From positions 50,180 through 114,179 of the forward strand of contig CAMBSD010000009.1 in NCBI GenBank assembly GCA_945870425.1: 64,000 nucleotides of DNA, given 5' to 3'. This stretch comes from Chitinophaga pinensis (GTDB lineage: Bacteria; Bacteroidota; Bacteroidia; UKL13-3). Both the position numbers and the translations under genes were made by a program. Shown in pieces: positions 1 through 9,540 of the stretch (position 1 is the stretch's first letter; each line of letters starts with the position of its first letter). The notes beneath the pieces were generated by a model. That model had not been told where the DNA came from and made no database searches. It was given only the letters and a program-made list of their open reading frames with translations.

Positions 1-1
1 G

Positions 2-364
2 CACTTTAAAGCAAAGATTGACTCCGTTGAATATAATTTCAGCAATCCGAATTTATTAAAAAGAAGCCACAGACTTTACCTTGTTTCTATGGGTTATAGC
101 CCATCAGGCATGATTCTTATTGCACTGCCAGCCTTTGTTGATAGCATACCTAATAAACATTTTAGTTTGAATGAAAAACAAATGCACGCATGCTATTCAA
201 AAATAAATCGGACCATCTGCGAATTTGATTTTGATGAATTTGGAAATATTATTGGCAGCAGTGCTATGCAAGGATTTGGAAAAAATGACGATTGTATTCA
301 TAGCATTTTTTCTACTATTCCAACTTCAATTACTAATATGTATTTAGATAAAAAGCCGAAATAG
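2..364 (+). CDS. hypothetical protein, 5'-partial (frame stays open to the window start)
   Basis: The frame of the 89..364 ORF has no stop back to position 2. It ends 2 nt before the next gene. No recognisable motif. Confidence 0.3.
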   Translation, partial: HFKAKIDSVEYNFSNPNLLKRSHRLYLVSMGYSPSGMILIALPAFVDSIPNKHFSLNEKQMHACYSKINRTICEFDFDEFGNIIGSSAMQGFGKNDDCIHSIFSTIPTSITNMYLDKKPK

Positions 365-366
365 AT

Positions 367-705
367 TTGAAACCTGCAACCTATACTTTTTTTGAGAATG
401 TGTATGATGTAGTCAGGCTAATACCTTATGGTAGGGTAACAAATTATGGAGCAATAGCAGGCTATTTGGGCTCAGCACGAGGCAGCAGAATGGTTGGCTA
501 TGCCATGAATGCCGCGCATAGTTTAGTGCCTCCTATAGCTGCCCATAGGGTTGTAAATAGAACAGGATTACTAACTGGCAAACATCATTTTGGTGGAAAC
601 AGAATGCAAGAATTACTTGAATCCGAAGGAATTAAAATTAAAAATGACCAGGTGGTAAATTTTGAAAAGCTCTTTTGGGACCCCATGAAAGAACTAAGTA
701 TATAG
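367..705 (+). CDS. MGMT-family alkyltransferase-like protein (Atl type, lacks active-site Cys)
   Basis: TTG start. 'LIPYGRVTNYGAIAG...PPIAAHRVVNRTGLLTG' aligns with the MGMT C-terminal DNA-binding domain (IPYGE..Y..IA...PCHRV...G.LTGY). The PCHR cysteine is replaced by Ala. Confidence 0.7.
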   Translation: MKPATYTFFENVYDVVRLIPYGRVTNYGAIAGYLGSARGSRMVGYAMNAAHSLVPPIAAHRVVNRTGLLTGKHHFGGNRMQELLESEGIKIKNDQVVNFEKLFWDPMKELSI

Positions 706-751
706 ACAAAAACTTGGCTTAAACTCTATAAAGTTTATTTTTGCTCACATC

Positions 752-1546
752 ATGATAGAATTACAAGGAGATTTTAACAGGTACTTCAAACAACAATTAG
801 ATACTATTGAAGAGTTTGTCATACCTTTTATAGATGAAATAAAACCGGTTACCAAAGGATTACGATTTTTGGAGGTAGGTTCAGGCTACGGAGGTATATG
901 TAAGGCATTTGCCAATGCAGGTTGCCAAGTTACAGGTATTGAACTTTGGGATTATGCAAGTGATATTTCAAAAGGTTTTTTAAAAGAGGATATTGAAGCC
1001 GGTAAAATTGAAATTATTAACCGCAATGTATATGACATAAAAATTGGCGAACATGTTAAAGATTACTATGATATCATCTTGCTAAAAGATACCATAGAAC
1101 ATATACACGACCAAGAGAAATTCATGCAACATATCATTCATTTTTTAAAGCCAAATGGAGTGATATTTTTTGCTTTTCCACCCTGGTGTATGCCATTTGG
1201 CGGACATCAACAAAGTTTAGATAATAAGTTTCTCCACAAACTACCATACTTTCACTTGCTACCAAATTTCTTATACAGAGGTATGATGAAAATGGGAGGT
1301 GAAAGTGAAGGTCGTATCAGAGATACGATGGAAGTGAAAGAAACCCAAATTTCAATCAATCGTTTTGAAAAAATATCAAAAAAAGCGGGTTTCAAAATTA
1401 TAAAAAGAGAATTTTACCTTATTAATCCGAGTTATAAGCACAAGTTTGGCGCAACTCCTCGTAAGCAAATAAACTTACTATCAAGTATTCCCATTTTACG
1501 TGATTTTTTTACAACTACCTGTTATTATGTTTTAATGAAATCTTAG
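752..1546 (+). CDS. class I SAM-dependent methyltransferase
   Basis: Motif I 'LEVGSGYGG' plus downstream acidic/hydrophobic motifs typical of Rossmann-fold methyltransferases. Confidence 0.65.
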   Translation: MIELQGDFNRYFKQQLDTIEEFVIPFIDEIKPVTKGLRFLEVGSGYGGICKAFANAGCQVTGIELWDYASDISKGFLKEDIEAGKIEIINRNVYDIKIGEHVKDYYDIILLKDTIEHIHDQEKFMQHIIHFLKPNGVIFFAFPPWCMPFGGHQQSLDNKFLHKLPYFHLLPNFLYRGMMKMGGESEGRIRDTMEVKETQISINRFEKISKKAGFKIIKREFYLINPSYKHKFGATPRKQINLLSSIPILRDFFTTTCYYVLMKS

Positions 1547-1549
1547 CCT

Positions 1550-2086
1550 ATGAGTTATCCCTTTTTAAGTCAAATGAAAGAAATTCTTGCAACTCCCATT
1601 AACAAAGGTAAGGATGTGTGGATTGCAGATACAGCAAGGGTTTTTGGGCTTGTAAGTATTGGAGATGAGTGTAGTATTTGGTTTGGTGCTGTTTTGCGTG
1701 GTGATGCGGATAGCATTAGTTTAGGCAATAGGAGCAATGTTCAAGAGAATGCAGTGATTCATGTTGACCCAGGATTTCCAGCCATTATTGGAGATGATTG
1801 TATCATTGGTCATGGGGCCATTGTGCACGGGGCAAGTCTTGCCAATAATGTTTTGGTAGGCATGCATGCCACTATTCTAAATGGCGCTAAAATTGGTAAT
1901 TTTTGTATCATTGGCGCAAATGCATTGGTTACAGAAGGTACCATTATCCCCGATTATTCGCTAGTTTTAGGTTCACCAGCCAAAGTGGTGAAACAGCTAA
2001 GTGAAGAACAAATAGAAAAGGTGAAACGCAACGCCCAAGCCTATGTTGATTTAGCCAAGGAGTATTTAAATTATTGGGAGAATTAA
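1550..2086 (+). CDS. gamma-carbonic anhydrase / left-handed beta-helix (hexapeptide repeat) family protein
   Basis: Hexapeptide repeats (IGDDCIIGHGAIVHGASLANNVLVGMHATILNGAKIGNFCIIGANALV) and conserved His residues typical of the YrdA/PaaY family. Confidence 0.8.
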   Translation: MSYPFLSQMKEILATPINKGKDVWIADTARVFGLVSIGDECSIWFGAVLRGDADSISLGNRSNVQENAVIHVDPGFPAIIGDDCIIGHGAIVHGASLANNVLVGMHATILNGAKIGNFCIIGANALVTEGTIIPDYSLVLGSPAKVVKQLSEEQIEKVKRNAQAYVDLAKEYLNYWEN

Positions 2087-2157
2087 TAGCAATTGTCGGG
2101 GGTTTAAAGCTTTCATTTATTTATTGCCGTTGGTTTAAACCCACGGCAATAAATAAA

Positions 2158-3069
2158 CTAGTTCTTCAGCCACTTTAAAAAGAAAGGCAGTCTATTTAAT
2201 TTTAGTCGGTAATAATTAACCTTGTCAGAACCAAAACCTTTAAAAAATCTGGCTATGCTTTCAATTTCTGAGCCCTCAAAATCGAGAAACATATTGTGCC
2301 CTGCAAACTGATAGATGATATTATCAAACAAGAAATACATGGCACCATATTCTCTACCTAATTCATTGCCAGTTCCTATCATAAAAATCAATCTATTCTT
2401 GTAAGTTAGAAAGGCTACACTCGCAATCATGTCATTGTTTTTGGTGAATATGCCCTTTGAAAGCAACAATCCACGCTGATGAGCCTTTTCGAAAATCTTA
2501 ACCAAACTTTCATAGTTTTTTTCTTTCACACCTTTGGTTGAAAGGCCCTTATTTAGTTTATAAAATGCTACCACATCTGCATATGGAACAGTTTTTATTT
2601 CAAGGTCGAATCTCTTGGCTTTCTTAAGGTTTCTTTTAGTGTGAGATTCGTAGTTTTTCTGAATTTTATCGTAGTTTTTATCTAAATCTAGCAAGAAGTT
2701 TTTACGTTTTCTCAACTTCACTTTCAAATCGAGTATTTGATTTTGCTCGTTTAGATTTAAGTCAATGTATTTAAATCTTTTGGGTATAGCATGAACAAAT
2801 GAAATCATCATTTCTTGAGACAATTCATACTTAGCAAAAATGCCTAATTGTTGTGTAAAAAAAGGCTGATAGGCATATTTGATAAAATATTTTGTGGCAT
2901 GAGGCAAAGGCATTACAGCTCTGTAGTCGTCCATTACCAAAGCATCCCAACCAGGGCAAGCCGTATCTAAAAACCAAGAACAGCCATATACAAGTGGGTT
3001 AATAGCTTGTTCCATACACAAATCCCACTTGCCTTTGTCTATTTCAGTATGTTTTAGGTAATGTATCAC
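2158..3069 (-). CDS. hypothetical protein, possibly GNAT/FemAB-like acyltransferase fold
   Basis: 303 aa. The C-terminal region (LIFMIGTGNELGREYGAMYFLFDNIIYQFAG...) resembles CelD/BioF2-like GNAT domains. Weak assignment. Confidence 0.35.
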   Translation of the reverse strand: MIHYLKHTEIDKGKWDLCMEQAINPLVYGCSWFLDTACPGWDALVMDDYRAVMPLPHATKYFIKYAYQPFFTQQLGIFAKYELSQEMMISFVHAIPKRFKYIDLNLNEQNQILDLKVKLRKRKNFLLDLDKNYDKIQKNYESHTKRNLKKAKRFDLEIKTVPYADVVAFYKLNKGLSTKGVKEKNYESLVKIFEKAHQRGLLLSKGIFTKNNDMIASVAFLTYKNRLIFMIGTGNELGREYGAMYFLFDNIIYQFAGHNMFLDFEGSEIESIARFFKGFGSDKVNYYRLKLNRLPFFLKWLKN

Positions 3070-3322
3070 TTCGGGCGAAAATAGAGAAAATTTCGAAAGT
3101 GTGGCAAACCCCCTTCAGGCGATGGAGGTAAAGCTAGCGTAAGGCAAGGTAACAGACGGATAAGTTATTATTTAAGTTTTACATTAGATCTATGTTCACC
3201 TCTGTTATTCTAAAATGAATGAATTCTAAGCAAACCTTTCCTGTTTCTTATTGTTTCGATAAAATAATATTCACACTGAGGCAACCTTTTTACAAAAGCA
3301 CGTCTATATAGCAGTAAAAGGA

Positions 3323-3880
3323 ATGAAAGACTTTACCGAGCAGGAAATCATTTTAGGATGTGTAAAGGAAGACAGTCGATTTCAGCGATTGCTTTTTGAA
3401 AAGTACTACTCCAAAATGTTTGCTATTTGTATAAGGTTTTCGCAAAATGAAGAGGAAGCAAAAAATATTTTACAAGAAGGATTTATAAAAGCTTTTGAAG
3501 GGATAAAAAAGTTTAAAGCTGAAAGTAGTCTTAATACATGGTTAAGCAGAATTATGGTTAATCATTCCATTGACTGCTTGAAGAATCGAAACAAAAATTT
3601 GTTTTCATCCATTAGTGAAAATATGCTCACGATACCTGATTCAACTGAATTTGAAGAAGAATTAGTTAAAGATCTTTCACCAGAAGAGGCTCTGGATTTA
3701 CTTCAAAAATTACCCGATGGATACCGAACCATCGTTAATTTATATGCAGTGGAAGGACTCAGCCATAAACAAATAGGTGAAAACCTTGGTATTTCGGAAG
3801 GGACATCAAAATCTCAGCTTTCAAAAGCTAGGACGTTTTTAAAAAAATTAGTTAATAACCTAAACACTTATGTTGTATAA
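3323..3880 (+). CDS. RNA polymerase ECF-type sigma-70 factor
   Basis: Region 2 (FEKYYSKMFAICIRF..EEEAKNILQEGFIKAF) and region 4 HTH (YRTIVNLYAVEGLSHKQIGENLGISEGTSKSQLSKARTFLKK). Confidence 0.85.
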   Translation: MKDFTEQEIILGCVKEDSRFQRLLFEKYYSKMFAICIRFSQNEEEAKNILQEGFIKAFEGIKKFKAESSLNTWLSRIMVNHSIDCLKNRNKNLFSSISENMLTIPDSTEFEEELVKDLSPEEALDLLQKLPDGYRTIVNLYAVEGLSHKQIGENLGISEGTSKSQLSKARTFLKKLVNNLNTYVV

Positions 3881-5177
3881 CAACGAAGATGAGTATTTAA
3901 AAATATTTGCTGGCAAAATTAGCAAGTTAAACCCGAGGCAGCCAAGCAGCGATGAATGGACTGCCTTTGAAATGGCTTATCGTAAACATAAAAAACAAAA
4001 CAAAAAATGGCCATTGCTGCTATGGTTTGGCATTTTCTCTATGTTATGTGTGGGTCTGATTTATTTTTCAAATAATCAAAAAATTTCCATTGAAAAAGCA
4101 ATAGGAAATAACAGTTTAAAGGCTACATCTGAAAATAACGCAACAATAAATAAAAATACGAATAAAAAATTAATTGGAAATACTACCACTAAAGCTCAAA
4201 ATTTAAATCAAAATAAGGTTATAGATAGAAATGTTTCAGACTATGAAAACAAATCAAAACAAATTGAGAAATTGAAAAATCCTTTAAATAAAAAAGAAAT
4301 AATAAAAGTTTTGTCTAAGGTAGAACTATTATCTGAATCAAATACAAATAAGCCAGATGTAAAACTTAATGATAACATTTTGTTTGAACTAACTAGTCTA
4401 AAATTAAAGTCTTTTCAAATTTCAACTCCTCTAAAGAAAATAATTACAAGTACAAAGCCGACAAACAATGCGATAAATTCTATAAAAACAAATGTTTCGA
4501 ACAACATAACAAAATCAAGTCAAATTGCAAAATATTTTGAATTAGGAATATGTATTCAAAATAATAATTTCAAACAACTTGATTACCCATCTGATCAATT
4601 TTTTAAAGGAGTTGGATTGAATGTTGGTATGCATTTACAAAACAATTGGAGTATCAATTTAGGTATAAGCGCCTTGTATTTAAACCAGGTAAAAATAGAT
4701 AAGTTTGTTTTTCAAACAGAAGAACAACAAATAGAAAGAATCGATACTACCATAAAATATAACAATACTTACAACAGATTGATGATGGAGTTTGATACTG
4801 TTTTGAGTTATAAAAATGTGAATCATGAAGGTAGTTCCATCTATAAAAACGACATTGTATTTATACACTTACCATTTCAAGTTCGATATCATATTGGCAA
4901 TGAAAAACGAAGTGTTTATGTTGCAATTGGAGCATTAGGAACTATTACTTACCAATCACAAAACATTACGAAAAATATAGGTTTAAGTAATGAGGGTAAT
5001 CAATCTAAAGATACTTACAGCTTTATGTTTGCACCTACAATAGGATTGGGATGCCACCAAAAAATCTATAAAAATTGGGCACTTCATTTGGCTTCAAATT
5101 ACTCCAAATATTTAAATAGTAATCTTAATCAAACAAATACTTTTCAATTACAAACCGGTTTAAAATATAATTTCTAA
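3870..5177 (+). CDS. putative anti-sigma factor fused to an Asn/Lys-rich linker and a C-terminal outer-membrane beta-barrel-like domain
   Basis: Overlaps the sigma gene by 11 nt. It has a short cytoplasmic N-terminus, one TM helix (WPLLLWFGIFSMLCVGLIYF), a ~150-aa N/K-rich low-complexity stretch, and a C-terminal ~220 aa with alternating-hydrophobic beta-strand pattern ending in ...LKYNF. Confidence 0.5.
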   Translation: MLYNNEDEYLKIFAGKISKLNPRQPSSDEWTAFEMAYRKHKKQNKKWPLLLWFGIFSMLCVGLIYFSNNQKISIEKAIGNNSLKATSENNATINKNTNKKLIGNTTTKAQNLNQNKVIDRNVSDYENKSKQIEKLKNPLNKKEIIKVLSKVELLSESNTNKPDVKLNDNILFELTSLKLKSFQISTPLKKIITSTKPTNNAINSIKTNVSNNITKSSQIAKYFELGICIQNNNFKQLDYPSDQFFKGVGLNVGMHLQNNWSINLGISALYLNQVKIDKFVFQTEEQQIERIDTTIKYNNTYNRLMMEFDTVLSYKNVNHEGSSIYKNDIVFIHLPFQVRYHIGNEKRSVYVAIGALGTITYQSQNITKNIGLSNEGNQSKDTYSFMFAPTIGLGCHQKIYKNWALHLASNYSKYLNSNLNQTNTFQLQTGLKYNF

Positions 5178-5189
5178 AAAACAAAGAAT

Positions 5190-7448
5190 ATGAAAAATAA
5201 CGATTTAAAATCCATGATGAGCAAGAAGCTTGCATTAATGCTTCAACTTATTCTGCTATCATTCACAACAGTTTTGGCTCAATCTTGCCTTCCTAAATTT
5301 GACTATTACAAATCAGCCAAAAACATCGTATTTGTAAACCAATCAACAACTCCATTTGGTTTAGGCAACTATATTTGGAATTTTGGTGATGGCACTCCCT
5401 TAACTATTAACAACGAACATCAATTACACCACAAGTATGCCCAAACAGGCAGTTATAAAGTATGTCTTATAGATAGTTTTTGCCCAACAAATACTATGTT
5501 TTGCGATAGCATAAAAGTGGAAAATAGTAAAGAGGTTCAGGCTAGGTTTACTCATCAGGATTTCGGCAATGGATCTTTTATTTTCTTAAACTCAAGCAGT
5601 GCATCTTTATATCCAATTATTAGTTATCAGTGGGATTTTGGTGATGGTAACTTTAGTAATGACAGGGATGTAAAACACAATCATCACTCATCAGGACAAT
5701 ATATTGTTAGTCTGACAGTTTTAGATAGTGGTAATAATTTCGATATTTTTTACGACACAGTGAATACTTCAGTAATAGCTCCCTGCTATGCCGACTTTAA
5801 TTTTCAATATGTAAACAACCAGTTTGAATTTCAAAATCTTAGTTCTAGCCCAGACAGCATAGTAAGTTACCAATGGTATTTTGGAGATGCATCGAATGTT
5901 AATACGCAAGCCAATCCAACACATAGTTATAATGCTATTGGAAATTATACAGTTACTTTGGTAATGAAAAGCGCAACATGCAGCGACACCATTCAAAAAA
6001 CAATTTCTCAACCTGACACAGCATTATGCAAAATCAATTTAAGCAGCGCAATAAATTTCCAAAAAGTATTATTTACGGCTAAGTCAAATTCACCTGACCC
6101 CATTTTGGATAAATTCATAATTGATTATGGAGATAATAACCAAGAATTTATGGAAACCAATAGCATTTCACATATTTATAATGATACTGGGGTGTATAGA
6201 GTTTGCGTTCAGTCGTTTGTTAATCTTTGTGGGGTTGATCTTATTCAATGTGATACCATAAGAATTTCAAGTCTAACAGCCATTTGCAAAGCTGGTTTCG
6301 AGCTTTATGATTACGAATACACAGCTTCACTATACAATTCATCAATTGCTTATGGAAGTTCGGCACCTACTAACATAACCATTAATTGGGGAGATGGATT
6401 GATTTATTCGGGAACAGACAGTTTAGGCGTATTTAACCATACTTATGCCAATGAAGGTAGTTATAATGTTACTTTAACAATGAATAATTTAGGGGGCTGT
6501 AGTGACTCATTAACTAAAATTGTAAGTGTTGGACCAAACTATGTGCTAAGCGGAAAAATAACACAAGGAGGTTTACCTGCTTATTATGCTGGGGTATATA
6601 TTTATAGTTACGACTCAACATCTGGCTTATTATACAAAAGCACTTATACAAGCACGGACAATAACGGAAATTATGAGATAAAACTCAAAAAAGGTTATTA
6701 TCTGGTACAAGCGGATTTTGCTTTTGATCCTTTCAATAATGGATTTTATTTACCAACCTATTATAAAAATAAATTGAATTGGGATTTGGCAGATGTTCTT
6801 TATCTTCAAGCCAACCGAAGTGGCATTGATATTGACCTAATACCATATATTTATGACTCTACAGGCAACGGTAGCATTTCAGGTTTTGTTAAATATGGGA
6901 CGGGTGTGGTTGATCAAAATGGACCAATACAAGAAGGTAAACCTGCAGAAAAAATGTTAGTTTATTTAGTAGATGCAAGTGGCAAAACTGTAGCATATAC
7001 ACACACAAATACAGAAGGCCTTTTTGATTTCGGAAAAGTACCAATGGGTAATTACAAAGTATGGGGCGAAATGGCTGGAAAGCAAACTTTACCTGCCCAA
7101 GCCTCTATTAATAGTGCTGTAAATAATGTTTCTGGCATCAAAATAATTATTGGTAAAAACAGTTTGACAAGTTCAATTGGCCAGACAGCTAATATCATTG
7201 AACCTATTGAAGCCTCGATATATCCAAATCCAAGCAAAGGTCTTTTGAATATAGAATGTGCTAGCAAAAATTTAAGTTCAGTTCAGGTTTTTGATATAAC
7301 AGGACAACTAATACTTGAAAGCACTAATGAAAATGAAAATTCAAAAATGAGTTTAGATATTTCAAATAATAAAAATGGTTTGTATATAATTAAAATCAAT
7401 TCGGTTGAGGGAAACAGCATCATCAAAAAAGTTCTTAAACAAGACTAA
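5190..7448 (+). CDS. PKD-domain surface protein with T9SS type-A C-terminal sorting domain
   Basis: Signal peptide. Five PKD-like units (WNFGDGTP, WDFGDGNFS, WYFGDASN, DYGDNN, NWGDG). C-terminal 'IYPNPSKGLLNIE...VFDITGQLILES...NGLYIIKINSVEGNSIIKKVLKQD'. Confidence 0.8.
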   Translation: MKNNDLKSMMSKKLALMLQLILLSFTTVLAQSCLPKFDYYKSAKNIVFVNQSTTPFGLGNYIWNFGDGTPLTINNEHQLHHKYAQTGSYKVCLIDSFCPTNTMFCDSIKVENSKEVQARFTHQDFGNGSFIFLNSSSASLYPIISYQWDFGDGNFSNDRDVKHNHHSSGQYIVSLTVLDSGNNFDIFYDTVNTSVIAPCYADFNFQYVNNQFEFQNLSSSPDSIVSYQWYFGDASNVNTQANPTHSYNAIGNYTVTLVMKSATCSDTIQKTISQPDTALCKINLSSAINFQKVLFTAKSNSPDPILDKFIIDYGDNNQEFMETNSISHIYNDTGVYRVCVQSFVNLCGVDLIQCDTIRISSLTAICKAGFELYDYEYTASLYNSSIAYGSSAPTNITINWGDGLIYSGTDSLGVFNHTYANEGSYNVTLTMNNLGGCSDSLTKIVSVGPNYVLSGKITQGGLPAYYAGVYIYSYDSTSGLLYKSTYTSTDNNGNYEIKLKKGYYLVQADFAFDPFNNGFYLPTYYKNKLNWDLADVLYLQANRSGIDIDLIPYIYDSTGNGSISGFVKYGTGVVDQNGPIQEGKPAEKMLVYLVDASGKTVAYTHTNTEGLFDFGKVPMGNYKVWGEMAGKQTLPAQASINSAVNNVSGIKIIIGKNSLTSSIGQTANIIEPIEASIYPNPSKGLLNIECASKNLSSVQVFDITGQLILESTNENENSKMSLDISNNKNGLYIIKINSVEGNSIIKKVLKQD

Positions 7449-7471
7449 TGTATGATTGATTGTGAAAAATT

Positions 7472-7498
7472 GGGCTACCTACATGGTGGCCCTTTTTT
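7472..7498 (+). terminator. rho-independent terminator
   Basis: GGGCTACC-N5-GGTGGCCC stem (one mismatch) followed by TTTTTTG, 24 nt after the stop codon. Confidence 0.5.
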
Positions 7499-7865
7499 GT
7501 TTACTATAATGGGATTTGATAACAGCAATGTGATGAAATTCTTTGAGGCAATAAAGACATTCAATTATCCTAAAAACACATTACCTACAGCATGTACTTA
7601 ACTAAATGCTCGATAAAGGATTGAGGTGGATACGCTCAACACCAACAATGACAAATTGTAAAAGCCAAAGGCTATCATATAGGCTAACTAGCGGTACGCT
7701 AGGAGCGCAGAAGAGCCACCCCAAGTCATTTCTGGTGGCATCAAGGGTAATCCTGTTTTAAACAAAATAAAAGCTCCAACGATATTCGCAAATAAACCAA
7801 TCATCGAATAATACTGATAAATCATAAATTATATTTTATACAAATATATTGTTACTCCTCTCCCA

Positions 7866-9320
7866 TCAAAAATACATCTTACACACCGCTATCCCAGCCA
7901 ACACACAAACCAAATCCACCAAAAGCATAATGCTTAAAGTGTAACGTGAATCTTTGATATTAACTGAACCAAAATACAAAGCCACTACATAAAAAGTGGT
8001 TTCTGCAGCTCCCTGAAACAAGCATGATAGTTGCCCCGTAAGGCTATCAGCCCCGTATGTTTTCATGGCATCTAACATAAAACCTCGTGAACCTCCAGCA
8101 CTAAATGGTCGCATTATGGCAACAGGTATGGCATTGATAATTTGTGGGTCCACTTGAAAAACAGTCAACACCTTATTGATACCGCTCATTACAATAAACA
8201 TCAAACCTGAATTACGAAAAATACTCAAGGCAACCAGCATGGCCACCATATAAGGTAAAACCCTAACACCTGTCGTAAATCCATCTTTAGCACCATTCAC
8301 AAACGAATCGAAAATATTGGTTTCGTTGGCCTTAAAAACCTTTTCATGAAGTATGCTATAGGCTACTATTGCTAGGATAATAAACAATAATACTCCATTA
8401 CTGAGGTTACCCGTAAAATGGAATTTCTCAATTCCATTCAATTGGTTTACATAATATAAAATGAATCCAATCAATGCGCTCACGGATGTAATAAAGGCTA
8501 GTATCACCCAATTCACTAGATTGATGCGTTGTTTGATACTTACAAAAATTAAAGCCGCAAGGGTACCAATGAAAGATGTAATGATGCATGGAAGCATAAT
8601 ATCCGAAGGGTTTGCGGCATTCTGTGCCGCTCTATAACCAATGATGGATGTGGGAATAAGTGTTAAACCCGCTGCATGCAGACACAAAAACATAATTTGG
8701 CTATTGCTAGCCTTCTCTTTATCTTCATTTACATCCTGCATGCTTTCCATAGCCTTTAAACCAAAGGGTGTTGCTGCATTATCAAGGCCTAAAAAATTAG
8801 CTGCAAAATTCATTGTCATAAAGCCATAAGCTGCATGTCCTTTAGGCAATTCGGGAAATATGCGCACAAAAAAGGGTGTTAAAACTTTGGCCAATTTGGT
8901 AATGGCATTCGAATCACTCAACAAATGAAGCAAACCACAAAAGAAGGTAAGATAACCAATCAAGGGTAACCAAATATCCATAATGGCACTTTTGCAAGTT
9001 GGGAAAATCCCATCAGCCGATTGTTTTCCAATACAAACCTGAATGGTACCATTGTCTAATGATTGGTACAATGTATCGTTTTGCAAATAACCTGTGGGTT
9101 TATTCGCCAAAATCTTTGCATACAAGGCCGTGTCTTGAGTTTGAAAGCGCGTGGCAGGAAACTCAGCACTTACCAATGCATCATTTTGTTTGCCATTCAC
9201 CATTTGCGAAAGCGTATACATTTGCCCCGTAAACATCATGTAAAAAATATATACAATGCTGAGGGCGATGATATAAGACCAAAATCTGCTTAGTGCCATA
9301 AGAATAATTTTAAGTAGCAA
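7866..9320 (-). CDS. nucleoside-recognition (Gate) domain membrane protein, SpmA/SpmB-like fusion
   Basis: 484 aa, polytopic, two Gate-like halves. C-terminus 'TFYVVALYFGSVNIKDSRYTLSIMLLVDLVCVLAGIAV' resembles SpmB. Confidence 0.45.
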   Translation of the reverse strand: MLLKIILMALSRFWSYIIALSIVYIFYMMFTGQMYTLSQMVNGKQNDALVSAEFPATRFQTQDTALYAKILANKPTGYLQNDTLYQSLDNGTIQVCIGKQSADGIFPTCKSAIMDIWLPLIGYLTFFCGLLHLLSDSNAITKLAKVLTPFFVRIFPELPKGHAAYGFMTMNFAANFLGLDNAATPFGLKAMESMQDVNEDKEKASNSQIMFLCLHAAGLTLIPTSIIGYRAAQNAANPSDIMLPCIITSFIGTLAALIFVSIKQRINLVNWVILAFITSVSALIGFILYYVNQLNGIEKFHFTGNLSNGVLLFIILAIVAYSILHEKVFKANETNIFDSFVNGAKDGFTTGVRVLPYMVAMLVALSIFRNSGLMFIVMSGINKVLTVFQVDPQIINAIPVAIMRPFSAGGSRGFMLDAMKTYGADSLTGQLSCLFQGAAETTFYVVALYFGSVNIKDSRYTLSIMLLVDLVCVLAGIAVCKMYF

Positions 9321-9540
9321 TTTGGAAACTTTTTGTCAAAATGCTTCAAAAGTTTTAAACATGAGAGGTGCAATCCCTTTCAGCAAATTTTTGATTTTAA
9401 TTGTCAATCACTCAAAAGGCCTTGAAAATGCTTGTATAAAACCGCCTATCAACTATCAAACAACAACTAAGTACTAAACCCAAACAATATCAAGTAAAAT
9501 GTTATTTTCGCACACTAATTTTTAAAACAGAAAAACATAC

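Noticed and set aside
3095-3175. Locally GC-richer intergenic segment (GTGGCAAACCCCCTTCAGGCGATGGAGGTAAAGCTAGCGTAAGGCAAGG) upstream of the ECF sigma gene, considered as a riboswitch or ncRNA.
   Set aside because: I could not match it to any riboswitch or ncRNA consensus from memory. The potential pairings are short and ambiguous. It needs a covariance-model scan before any claim.
7690-7830. 47-aa minus-strand ORF (MIYQYYSMIGLFANIVGAFILFKTGLPLMPPEMTWGGSSALLAYR) between the PKD protein gene and the Gate-domain gene.
   Set aside because: It is hydrophobic and plausible as a small membrane protein, but it is below the track threshold, has no motif and no coupling signal. There is insufficient evidence to call it.
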